From the NCBI GenBank assembly GCA_951406725.2, contig OX597819.1, positions 127,596,001 to 127,660,000 of the forward strand: 64,000 nucleotides of DNA, read 5' to 3'. Source of the stretch: Octopus vulgaris. Lineage: Eukaryota. Made by a program: the position numbers and the translations under genes. The notes under the pieces were generated by a model. The model saw only the letters and a program-made list of their open reading frames with translations. It had not been told where the DNA came from and made no database searches. Shown here one piece after another: positions 14,887 to 29,010 of this stretch. The first letter of the stretch is position 1. Each line of letters starts with the position of its first letter.

Positions 14887-15078
14887 CTCTATATTCTAAA
14901 TCTGAGAGGAAGCATCACTGACAAACTGATTAACTGATGCCAATAAACGGTTCCTGTTATCATTTACTCTGCTATCCAGCACAGCGATTAAATCAGAATC
15001 AAAACTTGTTACGTTTAGGGAGAATTATTATGAATTTTAAAAGTAGGGCTGTGAGAAAGTAATGTAAGATCTCACATA

Positions 15079-15299
15079 AGGAGAGGAGCTTTCTCCGTCC
15101 GGGTTGCAGATCCGTGGAATAAGCTGCCAGACGAGATGGTGAAGATGCCGACGACCGCTTTGTTCAAAGCCTCCCTGGACCTCAAGTGGCCTGAACTCTT
15201 TACATGAACACCACCCTGTACTTAACTCCATGTCCCCCTACATGGCCTTGCTATTTGCTTTTGAGCCAAATTAACTAACTAACTAACTAACTAACTAAC
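15079..15299 (+). mobile_element. 5'-truncated CR1-clade LINE 3' end
   Basis: Translates RRGAFSVRVADPWNKLPDEMVKMPTTALFKASLDLKWPELFT*, matching the CR1 ORF2 C-terminal FSxRV..WNxLP..FKxxLD pattern; (AACT)n tail. Confidence 0.85.
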
Positions 15300-15761
15300 A
15301 TATGTAACATAGTGAGATGAAAGACATCGATTGGCTAAGATTACCTAGGGCCTTTTAGGAGTGGTTTAAGATCTAAAGAACACTAGCTACAATTCGATAC
15401 CAACTTACCTTGTTGTACAACATCAACTGACCATTAGTTGGATTAATGAACCCTATCCATTGTATCTGAATAAAAGATAGGATGATCACAAGTGGTATGT
15501 ATTTAGGTAGGGGACATCGCAGGCGCAACTAGTTAGATGACAAAATTATGGGTCACATAAAGGAGGGACTCTAAGCGGTCATTCAGCCTGCAAGATGTAG
15601 CAGTAAAATCTCCCTCATTTCACATTTTACCGTCTTAAAAATCGGGGAGACGTACTGGGTAATACAGTCCTTGGCGTGTAATGCTGAATAATAGGAGACG
15701 ATCACGGCTGGAACGCCTTTGATCATAGCTTTGGTAAATCAGAGCTGACCTAATGTTATGC

Positions 15762-16028
15762 AAGAAGAAGAAGAAGAAGAAGAAGAAGAAGAAGAAGAAG
15801 AAGAAGAAGAAGAAGAAGAAGAAGAAGAAGAAGAAGAAGAAGAAGAAGAAGAAGAAGAAGAAGAAGAAGAAGAAGAAGAAGAAGAAGAAGAAGAAGAAGA
15901 AGAAGAAGAGAGAAGAAGAAGAAGAAGAAACAGAAGAAGAAGAAGAAGAAACAGAAGAAGAAGAAGAAGAAGAAACAGAAGAAGAAGAAGAAGAAGAAGA
16001 AACAGAAGAAGAAGAAGAAGAAGAAGAA

Positions 16029-16077
<49 letters not shown>
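15762..16077. repeat. (AAG)n / (GAT)n microsatellite
   Basis: Direct reading; poly-K/E/F/L ORFs are artefacts. Confidence 0.95.
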
Positions 16078-16323
16078 TTTGAAGACACAACTACATTCAT
16101 CTATGAAAGAAAATACACCTTTAGCATCCCAAAATCATTTGCCTGATAAGCAGATAACTCTCACGACTCAGTGATTCGACATCGCATGTTACGCTTCAGC
16201 ATATTGCATTGTATTTCCAGCCTAATGATTTTCTTCTATGAAACACCATATTAAACACACAAGCAGAAGCAAAAGAAAAAAAAAAAGGAAAAATAAAAGG
16301 AGAAAGGCGGAGAGAGAGTGAGA

Positions 16324-16359
<36 letters not shown>

Positions 16360-16790
16360 AAGACACACGGAGTAAACGACTATAGACATTTGACACGTTA
16401 TCTAAACGAGATATCGTTTGGAAAGTCCATCATCAAGATCATCCCAAACAAACCACATTTCGATGACTTTCACATGGCTGCAACGTATGATTGAAGTGGT
16501 TTCTTATCGACTTCTCCAGGATTTCAACAGACCTCCGCTTGCATGATAACGATCAAGAATTAACTTGATATTAATTGATTGTCAAGTGGTTGTCGTGTGG
16601 AGCTGCTCGGATGTTACACTAGCAACTCCGTAATTTCATTTCCAGCGTCCTTGAAAGATTTGTTCTGCCATAAATGCTTTCTTCATACTGCTTTAAAACG
16701 GGTTCGAAGGAGATATGAAGATGTTTTCTCTTCACTCTCTTCTCTCTCTTTCTCTTTGCCTCTCTCTCTCAATATATATCACAAGTTTTA

Positions 16791-16839
<49 letters not shown>

Positions 16840-16976
16840 AGAGAGAGAGAGAGTTTGAATACAATACATATATATATGTATACAAGCAAACACAAAAAAA
16901 GACAAAATTTTCAGACGATGAATATTTAAGTATGAATGTAAGAATATTTAAGTATATATACATACATACACACACG

Positions 16977-17066
<90 letters not shown>

Positions 17067-18241
17067 GTGAGAGAGAGAGAGAGAGAGAAACAACTTGTAA
17101 ATCTCTGAGCGAGAGAAATACCGAATAGTAATGTTAATATGACAACAGGATGTAGCTGCCCTATAAAGGACGATGATACTGTTGTTTTAGCCTCAGGGAA
17201 ATATCATATATATATATGTATGTGTGTGTGTATGTGTGCATGCGTGTATGTTTGTGTGTGGAGTATATATATATATATATATATATGTCCTTAATTATAT
17301 GTGTATATGTGTACATATATACATACACATATATATATATATACGTGTCTTTACTATGTATATATATATATATATATATTTACATACGGTATAAATAAAT
17401 ACAGAATTTCTTAATTCCTTTACGAAGCTAGAAGTTACGTAATACTCGTAATATTCAAAATGACCACATAGAATGTGCAAAAAGTCTTCTTTATGCAACC
17501 GGTAATCATTTACACGAAGAGATTACCATAAGTTCAGCTGCCTTCACCGAAAGAAAGTTGGCAAAAGCAGTTAAAATATTAGTGCCATAGATTTAGAGGC
17601 TGATGGCAGCGAAGAAGAAGAATAAAAACGAAAGGCAAGGAGAGCAAGGAGAACATAAGTAGCATATGAAGGAGGAACAGAGGTAGAGAAGAAATGAAAA
17701 GCTGGAAGGACGATGAGGATTTATATTATATAGGTGGAATGAACAGGATTAGAATAGATGAAACCGAGTGGGGAAGGGAGTATGTAAAGTTAAGATTAAT
17801 GTGGTGCAAAGGTAGTCATGGAATCTCATTTAGCAATCTATCAAAAGCTGACTATTCAGAGAGACGGGAAGAAGTAATCTATGAACGAAAGGAATAGAGG
17901 TGGAATCAATGGAGGAGGAAGATATACTGGAAGTATAGAGAATAGAGAAAGAAAATGCTGCTAGCACACTAAGTAATAAGTGAAAGGTTAAAAACAGTAT
18001 GGTGAAATTATATAGGCTTTATGTAATGGGCAAAAGAGGAATAAAACTTATGCTTACAAGATAAGACTACGTCAGAGGACCTTGTATAACAGGGTATTAT
18101 GATGACGGATAGCGAGCGATTCCCTCCAAAGACATTTACAAACACCCCACAAAATACGGACCATGTTAAGGTATAGGTAATATTCTAAGACTTGAGGTGG
18201 TATATGCATGTGTGTACAGGTATATATGTATATATGAATGA

Positions 18242-18324
<83 letters not shown>

Positions 18325-18326
<2 letters not shown>

Positions 18327-18555
18327 AAAAAAGCAACAAGAATGGATTAAAATCTCGGTACAATCGTTTCGTACGAGGACATCTTTAATAAGCTACAAAA
18401 AATGCAGTGAATACAGATGGCTCGTACTCGTCAGCCGAGAAAACATCAGAGAATTCCCAAACATCAAAAGGGGTAGATACAAAAGAGGGTGTAAGATTAA
18501 CTGCATTGAAGAAAGTTCGATTCATTGAGATCTGATGAAAGGTTTTAAACTTACA
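18325..18555 (-). mobile_element. HHR-bearing non-coding repeat, family 1, copy 2
   Basis: Homologous to 1563-1945 with a shorter middle; directly abuts (TA)n. Confidence 0.8.
18353..18440 (-). ncRNA. Type I hammerhead ribozyme, intact core
   Basis: Minus strand: tctcgg-CTGACGA-GTACGAG...CTCGTAC-GAAAC-gatt-GTA-ccgaga; 6-bp stem I, 7-bp stem II, 2-bp stem III, GUA triplet. Confidence 0.9.
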
Positions 18556-18597
18556 GAATTTGTGCATGTCTACATATAGCTCATATTGAATTGCTAA

Positions 18598-18728
18598 TGT
18601 ATATGTGAAGCACAAGACCCCATTGCAAAATGTGCATGTATGTATGTGTAAAAATATATATATATATATATATTTACACATACATACATGCACATTTTGC
18701 AATGGGGTCTTGTGCTTTCACATATACA
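18598..18728. repeat. Inverted repeat (~55-bp arms) centred on (TA)n
   Basis: gcacaagaccccattgcaaaatgtgcatgtatgtatgtgtaaa / tttacacatacatacatgcacattttgcaatggggtcttgtgc. Confidence 0.95.
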
Positions 18729-19617
18729 CATACCTACACATACATACATACACACAGACGTACATATATTTGGGCGTATGTATACAATATATGCAAATAA
18801 ATATATATATGTGTGTGCGTGTGTGTTAATGTGTCTGTGTTTGTGTGTGTTTCTTCTTTTCAATATTATATTTTTAATCATCTGGTTGCAAGGAAACTAA
18901 ATATAAATAAAAGGAAAACCAGAATCAAGATTCTGTGACACCCTGTTAATCATATTATCATTGTTTACGCTTGGTCGTCATTGATGAAGCAAACCTATGG
19001 TGAAAGCTGTTCCAGTTTTAACAAGTCTATTCGCATATTTATGATACGTATTTCAAAGTGTCCTTCTTTTTCAAATCTGTAGAGGGCAATTTGAGGAGGA
19101 TTTGGTTGTTATCTCTAGCATTTCGAGCGATAGCTGAGAGGCTTCGTCGTTGATTTATATTGTGCCAATATGTTAACTCGTGCGCTAACATACTTATCAT
19201 AAGGAACCAATTTTTTTCTTTTATTTGTTATTACACCGTTACTTCATTTGTTTAATTCTGTTTTCAAAACCGAATCCAGGCAAAGAGTCTTTGCGCAGGC
19301 ATTTCGCAGTGCCAACATTCTCGGTTCTATGGTCGCCAAGATACAAAGGACTGAGTACAAGCAATTTGCCTTTTCGGCTCCTGAAAATGTTAACAACATC
19401 TTTAGAAACTATTTAGAGAGGAAGATGAGGGTGGAGAGTTGGTGCATCATTCTTTTACGTTTTCTGGAAGGCAAATTGAAGCGGTCTACGTGACATGCGA
19501 TTTATAGATCGGGAACACTTAGGAGAGTAAGTTTAATACGAAATATAGAGGATATTCTAACACTAACTTGATGCAACAATCATTACATCTCTTTCTATTC
19601 TGTTGTTTACTTTTCAT

Positions 19618-19687
19618 AGATTTCTCACAATCGATTCATACCAGATTTTTCATAATCGATTCATACCAGATTTTTCATAATCGATTT
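19618..19687. repeat. ~25-bp tandem repeat, about 2.7 copies
   Basis: Unit agatttttcataatcgattcatacc. Confidence 0.85.
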
Positions 19688-19999
19688 TTAGTCAACAACC
19701 AGTTTGTGTAATTTATCCATGTCAATACTTGTCTCGTAGCAATGGTCAAGACAGTGGGCAGGAAAAATCGTTAAGCTGTTTGAAAATCTGCTTTACGGTA
19801 TATGTTTCAGCTCTGAGTTCAAATCCCGCCGGGGTCAACTCTGAGTATAATCTTTCTAGGTCGAGAATACGAAGTGGCAATCAAGTAATGGGAGCGCTAT
19901 AATCAACAATCTCCCACCCCTCAACTTTCTTACTTTGCGCCAAAATTGTAATTACATTATTATTATTATTATTATTATTATTACTACTACTACTACTAC

Positions 20000-20062
<63 letters not shown>

Positions 20063-20473
20063 AAGTAGTATTGAGTAGTGCAGCACATGCTATCAAAGGT
20101 GCAGATATATGAATCCCAGTATACCTATCTTGACTCTCCCTCTGAAAAGGGTACACCAGGCACATGAATCACATCCATGAGTGCAACGGCATGGGGATCT
20201 TTATTAAAATGAACAGCGCATGAGCTTACAGATGGACGCCCAGTTAGAAATTTCTTCAGGTCGAAAACCTCCCTAAATAAGAGTTGTTTAAGGATGAAGA
20301 ATGAAATATCCCCGTTTCCAGAGGTGAACTATTCAATGACCATAGAATTCCACTCAACACGCGGCTATGATGCTTCTCCTCTATTCCTACTCATGATCAG
20401 AAATGCACATATCAGATACTGAGAACATGCTCAACTGGTTAATATCAAGATACTGTCAAGCAAATCTACGCTG

Positions 20474-20842
20474 AACAGATGGGACAAACAAGGACAGACA
20501 AACGGATTAAGTCGATTATATCAACCCCAGTGCGTAAATGGTATTTATTTAATCGACCCCGAAAGGATGAAAGGCAAAGTCGACCTCGGCGGAATTTGAA
20601 CTCAGAACGTAGCAGCAGACGAGATACCTATTTCTTTACTGCCCACAAGGGGCTAAGCACAGAGGGGACAAACAAGGACAGACAAACGGATTAAGTCGAT
20701 TACATCGACCCCAGTGTCAAACAGGTAATTTATTTAATCGACCCCGAAAGGATGAAAGGCAACGTTGACCTTGACGGAATTTGAACTCAGAACGTAGCGG
20801 CAGACGAAATACCCATTTCTTTACTGCCCACAAGGGGCTAAA
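20474..20842 (-). mobile_element. Headless tandem multimer of SINE family A
   Basis: About two 184-bp units joined by the same tail-to-body junction as 45168-45769. Confidence 0.9.
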
Positions 20843-21229
20843 ATAGTTCAGTTCAGAAGTCAGATCAGAGCCAGTGCCTGGCAATGTATTAAGGTTTTTA
20901 TTATTATTATTAGAGTATGTATATATGCATATGTATGTATTATGCGTATGCTTCTTATACGTAACACTTTCCACACGAAAACACAGATACTTACACGCGA
21001 AGTAGAGAGAGCGAGAGCGTGCAAGCAATGGTACATATGCGTGTGCATAGGCATGCATTTTGCGCTAATTCATATTATGAACGTAAACCTGTTAAAACAC
21101 GTAAGTAAAGACTAAGAGTCAAGTGATGCGCAGCAACACAAACAAACACGCACATATGCATTATGCACGTGTTTGCATGCATGCATGTATGTGGTTATGT
21201 ATTCACCAGCTCGCACATATATACATATA

Positions 21230-22073
21230 CTAGCAGAATTGCCCGGCGTTGCTCGGGGCTGAATTGCTTGAAAGTACTGTTAATGATTGCACTGAATTAT
21301 GATGATTATTCAGGCAAATATTGATAAAAGTTTACGGTGGGAGATAAGGACTTAACGCCAAACGTGTGCCATTGCATTGTTTTGGGGGAACCAAATTTCT
21401 GATGAGCATTATAGGGGCACTAACTTTAAGTTTGAGAAAGTGTGGTGGTAGTCCGGGGTGCTCAAAGGAATTGAGTACCTCTATTGGATAGTTGATGACG
21501 TCCTCTGGGTCAGGAGTTGTATCGATAGACTGATATACATCGACTTCCCCAGGAATGAGTTTTAGCATTTCATCATTAATATGGTGAACAGTTTTATTCC
21601 TCGGGGCCAGTATAGCCTTTTTGCCAATCCAATCCATATTCTGATAATTAGCTTGTAAATCTGGGAACACTGCATCTCTGAGATCAGAAGGCGTCTTAAC
21701 AATGGTACAAATGGAATCGATGGCAATATTACCATTTTCATCCCCTGGTATTTTGCCTTCGCCAAGTGCAAGGAGAGTGTGAGGAAATGCTGGTGATGTG
21801 ATATTACGTCGCATATGAGCACGCATATTGGTGTGAAGTTTGAGAGTTACTTCCGTTTATTTTTAAAAATATGCATTAAAATGGAAATAAATGATGGTAA
21901 ATTATTTGTAAAATCATAGACTCATCGTAGACGCGCGCTAATACCCAGAAGGGCTCGATATGAATCACGACTATAAGATACCCGGTTTTGGTTAAACTGC
22001 ATCGCAAAATGTGGGAGTAGTTAGGAATCTAAATCGGAGTAGACAGACACACAACCTTTCTTTTATATATAAA
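21230..22073 (-). mobile_element. Non-autonomous Helitron carrying a helicase fragment
   Basis: Minus-strand 3' end cccgagcaacgccggg hairpin followed by CTAG; 5' end (T/C)TATATATAAAA...tgtgtgtctgtc; between A and T. Confidence 0.9.
21332..21826 (-). pseudogene. Helitron RepHel PIF1-family helicase fragment
   Basis: Motifs TNMR, AILAPRN, LNSFEHPGLPPHFLKLKVSAPIMLIRNL, CNGTRL typical of Helitron PIF1 helicases. Confidence 0.9.
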
Positions 22074-22090
22074 TACATACATACACACAC

Positions 22091-22122
<32 letters not shown>

Positions 22123-22954
22123 ACATGCATACATACATATACACATAAATCGAGTAAAAAATTTCAGTTATCTCTCTCTTTCACACATTACTCTCTCTGT
22201 CTCTTCACACACACTAACAGAAGCACTTCACTTACACAACATACTGTCTGTCTCCCACACTCCATCAAACACACACACACACACATGTACATCAATGAGT
22301 CCCATGCACGGTAACTTCAAAGGAACTTCCCTCGTCATACAATCGCTTTCTCTTAGTCTCTTTCGCTCTCATTACTTATGTAAAAAAATAAAAGTTTTTT
22401 CTATGTGTGTAAAGAGGAAGTGGGAGGCAGAGTGAAAGAATCACTCACTACAGTAAGTGAATTACTTTCATTTTATTCCTTGCCCACTGTGTGTGTGCGT
22501 TTGCGTGTGGTGTAAACCAGACTAAGAAAAGCATTTGACACACACACCAGAATGTGAGTTTTCTGTAAATTTTGCTTAACTGGAGTTTAAATTTTAAAAA
22601 CTGGACCTGGCATGACGCGATGCATTGTACTCTTAAAACTGCTAGGTAAATTGTAATTGAAGAAATCCTATATTGTAGATTTGTATAACTCCCAAAGGGA
22701 GGCAGATAAAATCTGCCTTTTATAATAAGAGATATATATACATACAGCACATACATATATATACATACACAAATGTATATGTAGATATGTAATGCATGTA
22801 TGTACATATGTACAGGTGAATATATGTATGATTATATCTGGTATGTAGGTATGTATCTATGTATTATGTATGTATGTATTTATGTGTGTATATGTATATG
22901 CATGTATGTATGCATCTATATATATATATATATATATATATATAACTATCTCTT

Positions 22955-23008
<54 letters not shown>

Positions 23009-23086
23009 CATACATACATACATGCATGCATACATACATACATACATACATACATACATACATACATACATACATACATACATACA

Positions 23087-23116
<30 letters not shown>

Positions 23117-23117
<1 letters not shown>

Positions 23118-24400
23118 TAATCTGAGTTAAAAGTAAGCAACGTTTTGAAACATGAAATTTATCACAATATATTTCAACAATTTGGAAATTTTATTCATCA
23201 AAGTACTATTACTATCAACACACTTTTGCCAACGAATTACAAGATTGTTTATTTCGGTAACATAAAAATCTGGACTTCGGGAGCTGATGAACTCTTTGAA
23301 CGCACTTTCAGCATCGGTTTAATTTTTAAACCTCTTCTCTCACAGGAAACCATCAAGGTGTTTGAAACAGTGGTAGTCGGTAGGAGACGGATCTGGGGAA
23401 TAAGCTGATTAGGGAATAACTTCGTATCCAAGTTCCCTCAACTTCTGGAGTGTCATTAGTGAAGCGTATGGTCGAGCATTGTCATGAAGAATGAGTGGCC
23501 TTCTTCTGTTGACCAGTCTGGGACGGAAGCGTAGCAGTTTCTCGTTTATTCTGGCAATTTCATGGCAGTATGTTTGTTTCTACAGTAATGGTTTTACCGG
23601 GTTTTAAGACGTTCTAGTGGATGAGACCAGCAGTACATCCCCAAAGAATCACTATAACCTTTTCTTGAAGGGCTCGAGTTTAGGGAAAGTTTTCGGTGCT
23701 TCATTTCGGTTCCACTATTGCGAAGAACGTTCTTTATTATTGTACAGAAACCCACTTTTTATCGCAATTTACAATACGGTCGAAAATATTTCGGTCTGGT
23801 TATGGAGAAGCGATGAGCAAATTTCATATCTGCGCATTTTCTGATTTTCTGATTTTCATTCAAATCGTGTAGTACCCATTTGTCGAGCTTCCTTAATTTT
23901 CCAATCCCATGCAAATGGTTGCAGTCACTTTTCTGGCTAACCTGAAGATCTTTTGCCAGTTCTTAGGTGGTTTTATGTGGATCTGTCTTAATGACAGTCT
24001 ATCATTGACCGCCATCGATGACAGACGGACGTCTACTACGATCATCATCTTCAAGGCTCAGGTTCTCCACTGCGAAATCGCGTAAACGATTTTCGAGCTG
24101 ACCACCCGCTGGACATTTCCTCACCAAACGTTTCGTTGATATCTCGAGCAGTTTCAGCTGCTTTACGTCCATTTTTGAAGTTGAATAGCAAAATTGCTCG
24201 AATATCTTACTTTGACAGTTCCATTTCCGATGATTGTAACAACGGGGAAAATCGAATAATAACACGAGAGGCAGGTCTTTCTTAGGATATTGCCGTCATC
24301 GCTTAATGACTGGTTGCACTATTCATCAACTCGTCGTAAATAAAATACGGAGTGACAGCGCTAAGCAGTAATGTGTATAAATACAGACTTGTTACCATTT
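23117..24400 (-). mobile_element. Near full-length decayed mariner (Hsmar1/cecropia-like)
   Basis: Minus-strand remnants from ATG at 24224: IRAILLFNFKNGRKAAETARDIN, WVLHDL, RIVNCDK, LHDNARPY, YSPDPSPTDYH; stops and frameshifts; right boundary uncertain. Confidence 0.9.
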
Positions 24401-24830
24401 CAAATATACTTGGGGGATACGGTTGCCTCACTTTCAGGTCTCTCTGCCAAAAAGGAGATAACCACTCCGAAATGCGTGCATGCCAAAGTTGGATTAGGAA
24501 CCGCTGTGGGCAAATTTTCTCCATGATAAATTACAGTGAATGGCTTTTTTCCTGGTTCGAATATGCCTTAAGCATATTACAATAGGCAATAAGTTAGTAC
24601 TTACGTACGTACGTACGTATGTATGTATGTATGTATGTATGTATGTATGTATGTACGTACGTATGTATGTATGTATGTATGTATGTATGTATGTATGTAT
24701 GTATGTATGTATGTATGTATGTATGAATGCATGCATGTATGTATGCATGTATCTGTGTGTATGCATATAGAACATGTATATATATATATATATATATATA
24801 TACATACACACACACACATATATATAAATA

Positions 24831-24887
<57 letters not shown>

Positions 24888-25025
24888 CAAGATATAATAG
24901 ATATCTATGTTACTATATATATATATTCTTTTATTATATTTCTTTCAGTCATTTGTCTCGGCCATACTGGAGCACCGCCTTAAGTAATTATGTATGTATG
25001 CGTGTATACACACACAAACACACAT

Positions 25026-25100
<75 letters not shown>

Positions 25101-25401
25101 CCGACCGACCGACAGATAGATAGATTGATAAATAGATAGACAGACAAACAGATAAATATAGGCAAATATATATATATACATATATGCATACGTAGATATG
25201 GTGGCGTGTATGTATGTGTTTATTAACGTTTGCAGTCCATTGTTACCTTTTGTTTGTCTTTCTCACATGAGGGAAACATATTTTATATTTGTGTGAATTA
25301 TTTACATGTATCTATTGTGGTGTATTTTATTCCACGCGTGTATGCGTTTGGGCTTATATGCATTTATGCATGTACCGCCACGCACACACGTACATCGAGT
25401 C

Positions 25402-25932
<531 letters not shown>

Positions 25933-26630
25933 TCTTGAAGAGCTATCGCTCTGTCGCTCGTCCAAAATATGCCGCACTTCAAACTAATTAAACGATATTT
26001 GAATGGCGACGAAGAATTAACACGGAAGTGTGTGTCTGAGTATCATCTATTGAATTAGGATCGTGTCCTCGTGACACGTGACTTTAATTGCTTCGGGCTC
26101 CACCCTCACAACAATAACAGACTACCAAACACACAGCAGCGGCCATAACAAAGACCGCTACCATTTCATAACACCAACACCACCGCCTCCACCACCACAG
26201 CACCAACCACAATTCCTGCTGCAGACTCTATTGTTTTTATTTGTTTATTAATATTATTATATATATTTTTTTTGCAGTTGAGGGATCTTGTTCGTTTTTA
26301 TATGTTTTTATATCAACAGCAGTGACTCTTGCGATATTGGCTAATGCCGTAAAAATGGGTCTCCATCGGTTTCGACGATGAGTACTTTAGTTGATCGACC
26401 AACTGAACTGTCTCTTCATTAAATTGGCATAAAGTGGTTGGATGTTTTACACACATAGACACAGACAGACAGGCAAACAGACAGACAAACAGACTGAAAC
26501 ACACGCACACACACACACGCATACACACACTGTGCTCTTAACACAGTTCTGAGTGAGAATCAGCATAGTTAATTATGTAACTGTTTGAATTGCTCATACT
26601 CTCCATCCAACAGACCCTGGAACAGTTTCT

Positions 26631-26851
26631 TATTTCTTTATTTCCCACAAGGGGCTAAACATAGAGGGGACAAACAAGGACATTAAGTCGATTACATCGA
26701 CCCCAGTGCTTAATTGGTACTTAGTTTATCGACCCGGAAAGGATGAAAGACAAAGTCGACCTCGGCGGAATTTGAACTCAGAACGTAGCGGCAGACGAAA
26801 TACAGCTACGCATTTCGCCCGGCTTGCTAACGTTTCTGCCAGCTCGCCGCC
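26631..26851 (-). mobile_element. tRNA-derived SINE family A monomer
   Basis: Minus head ggcggcgagctggcagaaacgttagc, B-box gagttcaaattcc, central ctttcatcctttcxgggtcgataaa domain. Confidence 0.9.
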
Positions 26852-26858
26852 AGTTATG

Positions 26859-26994
26859 AACTGGTAAAAGATCTTCAGGTTAGCCAGAAAAGTGCCTGCA
26901 ACCCTTTGCATGGGATTGGAAAATCAAGGATGCTCGACAAATAGGTTCCACACGATTTCAATGAAAATCAGAAAATGCGCAGATATGAAACTGC
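26859..26994 (+). mobile_element. Short mariner fragment, same family as 23117-24400
   Basis: Matches the reverse complement of ~23820-23960 (region around the WVPH motif). Confidence 0.85.
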
Positions 26995-27744
26995 CCTCCC
27001 AGTTTCAACCAAAATGCTAGAATCAGCCTAAGGTAATAAAAGGCATTTTCTTATGATGTCACGCAGCAAAATTAAGTCGGGTTCTCATGGTTTCAAAGTG
27101 AACTTACTCCTTTACTCTTTTACTTGTTTCAGTCATCTGACTGTGGCCATGCTGGAGCACCGCCTTTAGTCGAGCAAATCGCATCGGTCTCTTTTGCACA
27201 CACGAAGAGACAGAGGTACACACATACATATATAAACACACACGCACATGCACACACACATACATAAACACACACATACACATGAATATGCAGAATATAT
27301 ACATACAAATGTACACACATAAATAGATACATATGCACGCACACACATACACGCATACATACATACATGCATGCATGTATAGGCACGCACACGCACACAT
27401 ACACACAATGATCCACACACATGCGCACAAACAAATCAAAGAGAACGCAGCGTGAGTAACGGACAGAGTAAAAACTATTGAAAAGCTTGCAAGACGCAAC
27501 GAAAATTTTAGGGAAATAAAAAAGAAATAAGTTGAAATTTGACCGGTGTGTGTGTTGAATTACAAGGCACCAAAAGAGAATGACTCTCCCCAGATACAAC
27601 AGAACAAGTATTAGTTTTACTTAAGAAACCCTGCCGTGGCCAACATTCCAGAAGAGATCATTTCACGCATACGACATATTTGGCATTTTGGATTTAGTAG
27701 TACTAGTTAATGTAGATGATGTTGTTGTTGTTGGTGGTGGTGGT

Positions 27745-28081
27745 TGCTGTTGAGCGAACGGTCTTCGTCCTAGAGCTCGCAAGATAGAAGTCCGAAACGT
27801 GGTCCTTTGCTATTCGTAAGACCCGCAGAAGAGAAAGCAAGTCAACCCCCGACACCGAGAGCATCGACGGATGGATGAATGCGCATCTAGGCTCAGCGGT
27901 TGCGTAGGAAGTCGGGGACAAGAAACAAGAAGAAAGAGTGAGAGAAAGTTGGAACGAAAAAGTACAACAGGGGTCGCCACCCACCCCCTGCCGGAGCCTC
28001 GTGGAGCTTTAGGTGTTTTCGCTCAATAAACACACACAACGCGAATCCGCTGCCCTAACCACTGGGCCATTGCGCCTCCAC
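27745..28081 (-). mobile_element. tRNA-derived SINE (family E2) inserted in (GTT)/(GGT)n
   Basis: Head/body shared with 14471-14766 (gtggaggc..tggcc.agtggttag; gagcgaaaacacctaa.gctccacg.ggctccggcag), different 3' tail. Confidence 0.85.
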
Positions 28082-28411
28082 TGTTGTTGTTGTTGTTGGT
28101 AGTGGTGGTGGTGGTTCATCTCTGAATAAAGAGTCCCATGGTCGGATCTATTCAAGGCATTTTTAATGTATCTTTTTGGTATCCTTTCTTCTTAGACTAT
28201 AGTACAGTAATCTGAGGCATTTTTCTATTCTCACCTTACTCAAAGAAGGTGATTAACAACGTTACGGCTCCACATTAGTTTCCTAAACTTCTTTGTTTTC
28301 ATACCTGCATGTATATATATACACTCGCGAAGCCAAGCAACACACATACATACTCAAGCACATACAGTCGCACACACATACACACAAAAACACACACACA
28401 AACATACATAC

Positions 28412-28450
<39 letters not shown>

Positions 28451-28455
<5 letters not shown>

Positions 28456-28681
28456 CTTTACTACCCACAAGGGGCTAAACATAGAGGGGACAAACAAGGA
28501 CAGACAAAGGGATTAAGTCCATTACATTGACTCCAGTGCAAAACTGGTACTTTATTTATGGACCCAGTAAGGATGAAAGGCAAAGTCGACCTCGACGGAA
28601 TTTGAACTCAGAACGTAAAGACGGACGAAATACCACTAAGCATTTTGCCCAGTGTGCTAACGATTCTGCCAGCTCGCCGCC
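28451..28681 (-). mobile_element. SINE family A monomer
   Basis: Full-length match to 26631-26851 and 30687-30919. Confidence 0.9.
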
Positions 28682-28789
28682 TAAAATTGACAACCCTAAT
28701 CCTAAACCCCTTGTGGGTCGTTGGGGCGCTGCAGCTTTGAAGCGTATCTCGGGCGAGAGAGCCTGGTGGAGCCCAACCCTCTCCAGGTT

Positions 28790-29010
28790 AAACTCATTTC
28801 TACCGCTGAGTGGACTAGAGAAACGTGAAATAAAGTGTTTTGTTCAAGAACACAAGAGTGCCCGGGCCAGGATCGAAACCACAATCTTACGGTCGCGAAT
28901 CCAACACTAAGTAACGCGCCTCCTCTAGTGGAACTCATCTCTACAGCTGACTGGACTGGAGCAGCGTAAAGTGAAGTGTTTTTGATCAAGATCACAACAC
29001 ATCGTCCGGT
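28790..29010 (-). mobile_element. Two partial CORE-like SINE heads (family D)
   Basis: Repeated gtgaaataaagtgttttg.tcaaga.cacaa motif. Confidence 0.65.
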
